From positions 1-48,760 of the forward strand of contig JBAXCC010000003.1 of the NCBI GenBank assembly GCA_037141675.1: a stretch of 48,760 nucleotides of DNA. Reading direction: 5' to 3'. The translations under genes and the position numbers were made by a program. Below, in pieces: positions 9,264 to 18,200 of this stretch. The notes under the pieces are model-generated. The model searched no databases and had not been told where the DNA came from. It saw only the letters and a list, made by a program, of their open reading frames with translations. The stretch comes from a bacterium (GTDB lineage Bacteria; Verrucomicrobiota; Kiritimatiellia; RFP12; UBA1067). Every line of letters starts with the position of its first letter. The stretch's first letter is position 1.

Positions 9264-12200
9264 TCAATAATTCGGTACGACTTCGATATAGAAGAAGCCG
9301 GTCATGCCTGTAACATCAGCATCCGTTACGGTGCTTCTCATCGAGCCATTCTCACTGCTCGTCGTGGACTGGACAGTCCGCCACTCACTCCGGGGCGTTG
9401 CAAGCGATTCAGAGTACTTGACATTATAGGTGTAGCTCTTCGGAGCCGCAGAACTCTGCGCACCTGAAGCCATCTGGAACAAAGCCAGGAACGTCGAGGT
9501 GGTTGTCTGTGCCGGTGTCAAATCCCAATTTAGTGTTGCGCCTGACGGGACAAAGACCAACTTCTGGATCGTCACAGCATCGCTTGTCGTCGAACTGCTT
9601 CCATCAACAGCCAAGTTGAAGATAGCAGCCTGCTGCGCGCTTGAGCCAGACGCCATGGACAGCATCACCCGCATAAAGCCACTGGCATCATTAGTCGTAG
9701 TCAGACTTGGATTGATTTCAGTATCACCGCGCGTATACCATCCGTCGTTCGGACCTGTCAATTCCATGAAGTTCGTAGATGCAGGATTCTGCTCGAACTC
9801 GTAGACATCTGGGAACCAGTCCTGATCTGTATCGGCATCCTCAATATAGACCGTAGCCAGCGGGCTGAGCGCCGAGAACGAAACCTCAAGAGGGCGAGCA
9901 TCGTAGAGGGACTTGTTCTCGCCATAGTAGTTCCCATAACCCCATGACTCCCAGACGTCAAGGACGCCATTGGTATTCGAGTCAATAAATGCCCGAACAT
10001 AATAGGTGTCCGGCGTCAGGCCGCGCATTGGGATCGCGTTCGTAGCGGACAGACTCATATTCGTGATTGACGTAAACTGGTTTGCCGTATACAGATACTG
10101 TGCAGCGGGCATGCCCGTGAATCCACGATTTTTAAACGCCTGCAGGACGACACGGTCCGTGAGACCCGTTGCCGCGCCAAAGTACTTGACCATAGCCCTG
10201 AGCTGTCCATAGCCAGACGACGAGCCGTTTTCACTTGTCGCGGTGCCAGCAGCAGGCATCGGCTTGTTGACATCCCAGCGGAAGGATTTCCAGGAAGACC
10301 ATTCTGCCGCAGTATTAACCGTGCTGTATCTCGAATTCAGCAACTGAACGCGCCAATAGTAAACACCATTGTTCACCACATTCTTGTCGCCCATGTAGAA
10401 CGGTGCTTCCCAGACGTAGTTACCGGTCTGCGTATCCTTCAACGGGGCTTGACGAATGGTTATTGGATAGACCAACGGTCCGGTTGCTGAACCGCGACGC
10501 ATTTCGAAAGCGAATGCATTATATCCTCCATTCACAGAGGTCACCGACCAGGTGAATGACGGACGCGCCGTATAGACATAAGCCCCCGACGCTGGCAGAA
10601 CACTTGTAGGAATAGCACGCGCGCCATCAAACTTGTTGGTAAAGGTGGCAACAAGCGTATTGGCGGAATAGGGCTCGAGATCGCCAACATAGACCTTGTA
10701 TTCGATCGCGCCAACAGCATTGGGCGAAAGAATACCCTTGAAGCCCCAATCCAATCCATATCCTGCATAGACAGGCATAGTCATCAGATCGCCCTCATGG
10801 ATGTAATCACGTCCGAAGATGGTCTTATCAAAGACCGGCCCCGCCGTGAAGCTACTGGTCTGTACTGTAGCACGAATGATACGGACACGTTGATAACTTC
10901 CGCCAGCTGCTTGCTGTCCGCCACCGCCTTGGGCATTTCCAGCTGTTCCGAAGATAACATCCTCAGAACGCAAGCCCGTGGTCAAGGAAAGACGCAGGTT
11001 ATACGGCGTATAGTCTGTCAACTGAATACTGAGCGGGTTGTTATCCCACCCGATATCCGTCTCAAACGGTGTAGGAATACCTGCCGGCTCACCGGCATCC
11101 CAGGCACCATTGCCATCAACATCCATGAAGGCGAAGAAGTAATGCTTACCTTCCTTCAGCGCTCCCGTTGCACCGCGCCCCAGGTAGATATGTTGCGGCC
11201 AGCCAGTCGGCAGCTTGGAACTATAGGTCATCTCAAAGTAAGATAAGCTCGCATCAACATAACTGTTGCGCGCCGCTGGGTAGGTCGCCTGATTAAGGAT
11301 GATGTTTACCGTCTCAAAGTAACTCATGTCAAACACCATTTCGCCTGTGATATAATTGATGGTGCCAATCGGGTCCCAGACATTATTGACCATCATGGAA
11401 TAGATGACTCCGTCCATGTCAAAACCTGTCAAACTCGTTCCCCCTGTCCAGCTATCGGTCAACCGAATACGGAGCGTATTCGGCACCACCGAACCAGGCG
11501 AGAGGTGGGTCCTAATCGTCTTGGCCGCATAGAATCCGAGAGGCTGCGTGTTCGGCTGAACATTGTTCTGCCCAAAGGCGATATTCCATGTGGCATCAAC
11601 AATTCCATCCATCGCTGGCGTAGAGAAAGCCTGAATAACGACGTTTCCACTTGCCTGGACTCCCTTATAGTTTAGGCGAGTATCCACAATCGGAATTGGG
11701 AATTCGTATTCCCTGATCCCGTTGACCATGACCAATTCGCGCTGATCCGGACGGACCGCTGCAATGGCCTGACTGTAACGCGCTTCAGCCCAATTGGACC
11801 ATCCATCAGCGTCATAGTCAGTCTTCGAATCAAACACATACGCGTTTGCTGCTGTCGGCGAGTACAGCTCTTCCCACCAGTCTTCAATGAAATCATGGTC
11901 AGAGAACATTGCACCATAGATCAGCTTGCCACCCGTCGGTTTCAAGAAGTAGTCAGACACCGGCTGAGCAGGATTGGTCTTGAACTTTAGCGGGCTTGAA
12001 TAACGGAAAGCATACAATTCCGTAATCTGGTATTCCGCATAGTTGGAGAGTCCATCCTTGTCTGGATCGCCCAGCGGACCATTGTCGCCTGTCTTATCCA
12101 TAATGGTGAGACCATAGAGGCGCTTCCACCAGTCCGGCAAACCAGCGCCACTGCTGTCAGCCTTCTGTACATACAGATCATTGTAGTCGGATGCGTTGGC

Positions 12201-15200
12201 TGCATTCGGCAACATACCCTTAGCCAAATCACGCTGATAGGCTTCTCCATTGGTCATACCATTTAACTTGTAATAAGCATTTGTACCGTTATAGAGGTCA
12301 TTCCATCCGCCTGTTGTGCCATGCAATGTTGTCCACCACGACGGCAGACCGTCATCGGTTGTCCCGCTGTTTTCCAGCCAGTTACCTGATGCGCCCTGAT
12401 CATCCCAGAAGTCGACGCACTGCTTCGCCCATGCATCACCGATCGGCAGCAAATCAACAGTGTCCAGTATGTTGGTTCTGTTATACGTGAAACCATACGG
12501 ATTGTTGCTATTCGGGAAGCTGTTCTGCGTTGCATTGGTCCCTGCTGCACGGCGTGTCCAGTAGATAGAGTCAGACACGACATTATCATTCAGGAAGGTT
12601 GCGGTTGCATTTGCATTCGTGCTTACGAGCGCAGTCACGCGCGGCATGTGAGCCGGTACGTTCTCAATCCAGGGCAGATAGTTGTAATTGTTGTAGACCG
12701 TATTTTTCACAAGGCATTGATCCCACCAACCGACTGTTGCGCCAGCTGCAGTACCGCCCGGGCGATTTGCATTGACCGGCACGCTATTGAAGCCGCGCGG
12801 CACCTGAGCGACGTACTGATTAGTATGTGCGCTGAACAGATTGTTGAAGGTGTAATAGTTCATCAGGATCGGCGAGAGGAAGTTATTCATGGAGAGCGCA
12901 TTACGGCTAGCGCCGCTATTGAGCTCTTGCAGAATCATGGTCCGATTCGCGATGATATCCTCACGTGTTAAGCTCTTCCTGAAGTTATCATTTATCTCCT
13001 GGTTGCTGCGTGCGCCATCCCATACACGGACTTCATCCATCCAACCACGATAGAACTTCTCGTAGTAACCTGGCGCCCATGATGCATCCCACGTCATGGC
13101 TGAGCCAATATCTATCCCAAGAGAAGTCGGCGTGATATTTGCAGCACCCAGAATCAACGTGCCAAGACGATAGACAAAATTATACACCTGTGACTGCGTG
13201 GGATAATAACGGTCCGGATCAAGGCCTGTCGCAGGAATCAAGGTGGTTGACATTTCGCCTTGCGAAACGCCATTGACAAAGAGCGTGAACTTCTGAGTAC
13301 GGCCATCCATACGGGCTGCCAGGTGGACCCACGTGTTGGCGACAATCTTTTCGCCGAAGAGACGGACCGAATCTGTATGTTCGTCATGGCCACCAGCATT
13401 GTCAAAGCCGCCAAAGACGCGGCCATCCGCGGCAATGCCGATCAGGAAATTGCGACGTAAACGCAATCCAGCAACCTGGCCGGCATCTGACTGGCCATAG
13501 TTGAAGGCACGTTCAATCAAAATCTGATCGTTGCGATTCGTCGCCCATTCCGGACGAACCCACAATTCTACCGTGAAGCTGCGGAACGCCTGTTCCATAT
13601 CCGCGAAGCTCTGTCCTGCGACAGAATATATATCCGTATACATGTACGGCGTCGTAGCAGCGGAGTTCGCGCCGCTGAACCAAATCGCCTGACGGCGAAT
13701 CGGATCTTCGCTGTCGCGCGGGTCAGACTTCGCATTCCGATTCGTGACTTGTTCATCCTTATCGGAGATGCCGTCTTTATCCGTATCGTATCCTTCATTC
13801 ATTTCAAATGGGAAGGTGAAATAGGGCAAGATGGTCGAGGGCCAGAAGTACATGTCCCTATATAAAGGAATTGCTCCACCGCCTGGTTTGTACCCCGTAT
13901 ATCCATAAGGCGCGTAGAATCGTGCTGTAATACTATTAATATTCGACGGGTCGGTCATCCACAACGGAGACGGATCCGTGTTCCTGTTTTCAGGCAGCGG
14001 CATATTGATCGCCAGCATTTCCTCCAGGTTCAGAAGACCGTCAGCGTCCGGATCTGCATGCGGCATACCGTTCACCCAGGGATAGCTGACAAAGTTCATT
14101 TGGAACGCCAGAGGAGTAACCCAGTAGTTGCTATCATACCAAATGGTTGGCCCAGGACTCAACCAGGCATACGCAACCCGGTCATCTAAGAAGTCTGCCC
14201 TTAAACCATTGCCGAGCAACGGATTCAAACCATGATACATTTCATAATAGTCATCCATGCCGTCAAAGTCCGAGTCCGGATTGCTCGGATCTGTCGAGCA
14301 ATATCCATTCGGACCCGCAGGCTTCATGTACCAGAGTACATCAGCAGGTCCTGGCCATCCAAAATGACACTGGTCCCATGTATTCGTCACTTCTGTGAAC
14401 AAGCCGGCTATTTCACAGGTGATATCCATAGGGAGTCCGACTTGGCCCATCCCATTGGTTGTACCCACCGCTGTTATATCATAACGATAGCCACGGATGG
14501 ACTGCGTCATGTATTCCTGGTAACTTGCAAGACCGTCAAGATCCACGTCCTTATATTGATCAGCAACTGTACCGTCCTGGCCATTGCTGATGGTCATGGC
14601 GACAGCTATTGCTGGCTGGCCAGGGAGGACAGGCGGCAGGGTCGTTACTCCAGTAGCGGTAGCTGGTGTGCCTGCGAACTGATTTTCCCAAGCATCTGGG
14701 AGTGCATCACGGTCGGTATCGATCGAGTTCGGATTCAAACCGCCGCCCGCGATGCAGACGCCACCGTTATCAACAGCATTGCCATAGATGAACGCGCGCT
14801 CGGCACCATCACTCACACTGTCACCATCCGTGTCTGGACTCCACGGATTGGTCGGCCAGAATTTATTGACCCAGAACGTGTCCGCATGACCTGCAGGCCG
14901 CTGGATGGTGATTACCCCTTTCATTGGATTGCTATTCGTAATGCCGCCATAGTAGAGTGCAGCATTTTGATAAGGCGTAACCGAATCCGTTGCCCAGAAT
15001 TCACACTGGTACGTGACTGCATCCCCCGTCGGTTTCAAATTGACGTCAATGTCCTCGGCATAGTCATTAGGATCCCAGGGCGAATTAATGAAGTTTCCAA
15101 AGGCAGGGCGAGGGACTCCGTGGGGGACAGGCGGCAGCGCCACATACAATTCCCAGCCGTCTGGGACACCGTCTGACAAAGCTGGCGATGCGTCCGTATC

Positions 15201-18200
15201 GGGTGTGCATGGATGTGTGGTAAAGCGTGACCAAGCTTCCTGCACCAAGAGGCGCGTGCTTGCATTCGCTGCGATTGCAGCATTCACGCGGGCAATCCAA
15301 CCCAGATTGTTCGTTGCCACCATACCATTAAGCTGGTTTTCATACATGAACTTCATGAGCAGATATTCATCAACCGATGTAAACGGACGTGTATTCGGCG
15401 CGTTGCCTGGAACCCAGACACCAAAGCGTTCAGAATTCACATACCCCCATCCAGCCGGAGCTCCGCCGCCCGCTCCATAACCGCCAAAGCGTCCCACCGA
15501 GCCAACCCAGGCTGTACGGGGATCAAAGCCCTTTTCATCGCGCACCTGGAAGTGCATAATCAATGCGGTAATCAACTCATTCGTGCTGGAAATGCGATTA
15601 GCTGGCGTCAGAACAGCAACAGGAACTGACCGTCCAACCGCCCAAGGCCCTGTGGCATCATCACCATAGCGATAAGCTGTGGTGAGCGTATTGCTGAGGA
15701 CACCCGTCACATCAATCGTCGCCAGGTAGTGGTTGGTTGAGATTGTGGTCACAACCTGCCCTACCAGTACTGTATTGGTAACGACAACCTGAATATGCTG
15801 ACGAGACACGGTCGATATGGCGAAGAAGTCGCCATCCGGGTTGTTCTGTGCAGGCAACAATCCATCACGTTCATCGCAGGGATTTAAACCACGAAGGATT
15901 TCCCATCCGTCTGCCATAAGGTCGCCATCGGTATCCCAGTTGGTCGGGTCTGTACCGAGTACAAGTTCCTCGATGTCAAGGAGGCCATCATTGTCAAAGT
16001 CATCACGCCAACGCGCATTCGTGTAGGCATTGCGACTACGGTTCTGATCAAAGGCGTCTTGAATATCCGGCCAGTCAATGAAATCACCCTGCGCGATATT
16101 GAACGGATTATAGCGTGACCCCGTGCGATGATTAATTTTGGATTGATACCAGAACCAATATTCCCAGCCATCGGGATAACCATCCCCGTCGGTATCCAGC
16201 ATCGTCGGATCAGTCAGTGGGTCGTCGGACGTCCCCAGTAAGCCATCATAACCACGTATTTCCATAAAAGCTGTAAAGGCATTCACGGCAACCGCATTAG
16301 CCGCGGTGTTGGGATTCGGTACGGGACGGAAATCCATCACGCCCTGGGCATCGCCAGTCGGATAGACCGGCAGGTAATCTTCGTCAGTATTGTACGCCCT
16401 GAGATTTAGTAGCCAGACTGGATCCAATGCAGTAGCCGTAGCCGCTGCGGTGGCTGGGTTGATGAAGTAACGTTGGACCAGACGGTCTGGTATGCCGTCT
16501 TGATTAAGGTCGCCATTATTGACGCCTGTTGGATTCTCAACATCCCCGGGGTCATATTCAAGGGTAAAGATGGCGCTGACCTGAACCATCGTGCCGTTGA
16601 GGGTCGTATTGCCAGTCCCACCGCCCCCTCCAGTCCCGGCTGTTCCAGTCGGCAAATTGATAATAGTCAGAGCCGGAGCTAGGGGCTTCGTCACATGCGC
16701 CGTATTCTGGAAGGCTGCAAGCGGGCCGTCCCATGCGAAGAAGTAACTTTTCCTGCCCTCCGCATAAAGAAGGGGTGTCGGGTCCGGAATCGCGCGCAGT
16801 TGAGCTGTCATTGCATCTGCGCCAAAGTAGAAGGTATAGAAATAATTAGGCGCACCACTATACGGATCAGGAATCGTGGCCGCTGCAGGTGCGACTATCG
16901 TGCCTGTCCCCAAGAAGGTGTAGCCATTAAAGCCTGCTGTGTTCGGTCCGATCGGCAACGCGATGACCGTCTTGGAGTCCTTGACCGTGACATAGAAGAT
17001 GATGGAACTGGTGCCGCCATCCTTGTCAGTCGCTTTCACCTTCACTGTCACCTGTGGGGACGCTGTGTTAAAGGTGTGATTAGTTGTCCCCGAAGCGCCC
17101 GTTGTGGTAGTTGTTGTGCCATCACCCCAGTCCCAGAAGAGCGTCATGCCCGGCAGATCAGCATCCACATCGAGGACCTGCCAGGTAAAGGCACGAGACT
17201 GCCCTACGGTTGCAACCGTGTTTGTGCTCTGGTCACGCGGGTCTTGGATAACTGGCGCCGTGTTTTGAATTAAGACCAGACCGGGTTGTTTATCCTTATA
17301 GGTATTAACCGCGACTACATTGCTTGGGTCAATGCGAGGCGTGACCGTGAAGCCGCTCGTTGTACTCAGCCGCGTACCATCCATAACCGTGAAATTAACC
17401 GTCTTGTTGGTCTGTGACGAATAGAATGTGACGCTTTGCGTGGCAGGGATGTCCACTGCCCCGTTGAGCCCGCTATCAATGGGCGTCCTATCCAGGTAGA
17501 CGATCATTGGGTCTGTGATGCCAGCCGAAGCAGGCGTTTGAGACAACGTCACGGTGAGCGTATAGAGTCCCGTGGACGTTTCAGGAATGAGGACCCCAGG
17601 ACCGGTAACGGTGACGGAGGGTACCGGCAATGCAGGAACAACATTGATCAAGAAGGTAACGGTGCGAGTGCCGCCATCTTTGTCTCTGGCGGTCATGCTC
17701 ACTTGCTGGATTCCCAAATAGGCAGACGTAAAGATCTTTGTCACCGTGCCGTTTGCACCAATCGAATTCGTCGTTGTGCCATCCGGGAACGTAAACAAGA
17801 CGCTAATCGGCTGCGCTCCATACATGTCCGCGCCAACGTCAGACGCATTATAGCGGAAAGTAAAGGGCTTATTTATTTCAATAGCGTTGAAGGCCGAAAT
17901 AGGAGTCGCCGTCATCGGCTGGCTTTGGGGGGTGGTATCAACCCTAGGTGCGACATTCTTGATAATGATAATACCGGGATAGGCCTTTGTATACTGGGCT
18001 TGAGCCGCTGCGTTTGTAATAGTCGGCATAATATCGATACCGGATACGGTAGCGGCGGTGCCGTCTAGAAGCGTCATCTCGAAGGATGTCGAGTTGGTGA
18101 AGTATTGGCGGATGAGAATATTGGTTGTTGCCAAGGAGAGACACGCGTCCGCGGGTGTCCCATCCGGGTACTGACATCTCAGCTGCACATACGTATCCTG

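Noticed and set aside
14232-15176. 314-aa plus-strand ORF and other long antisense ORFs (17436-18068, 22399-23001, 29314-29946, 40396-41097)
   Set aside because: They are shadow frames opposite well-supported genes and have no recognisable motifs.
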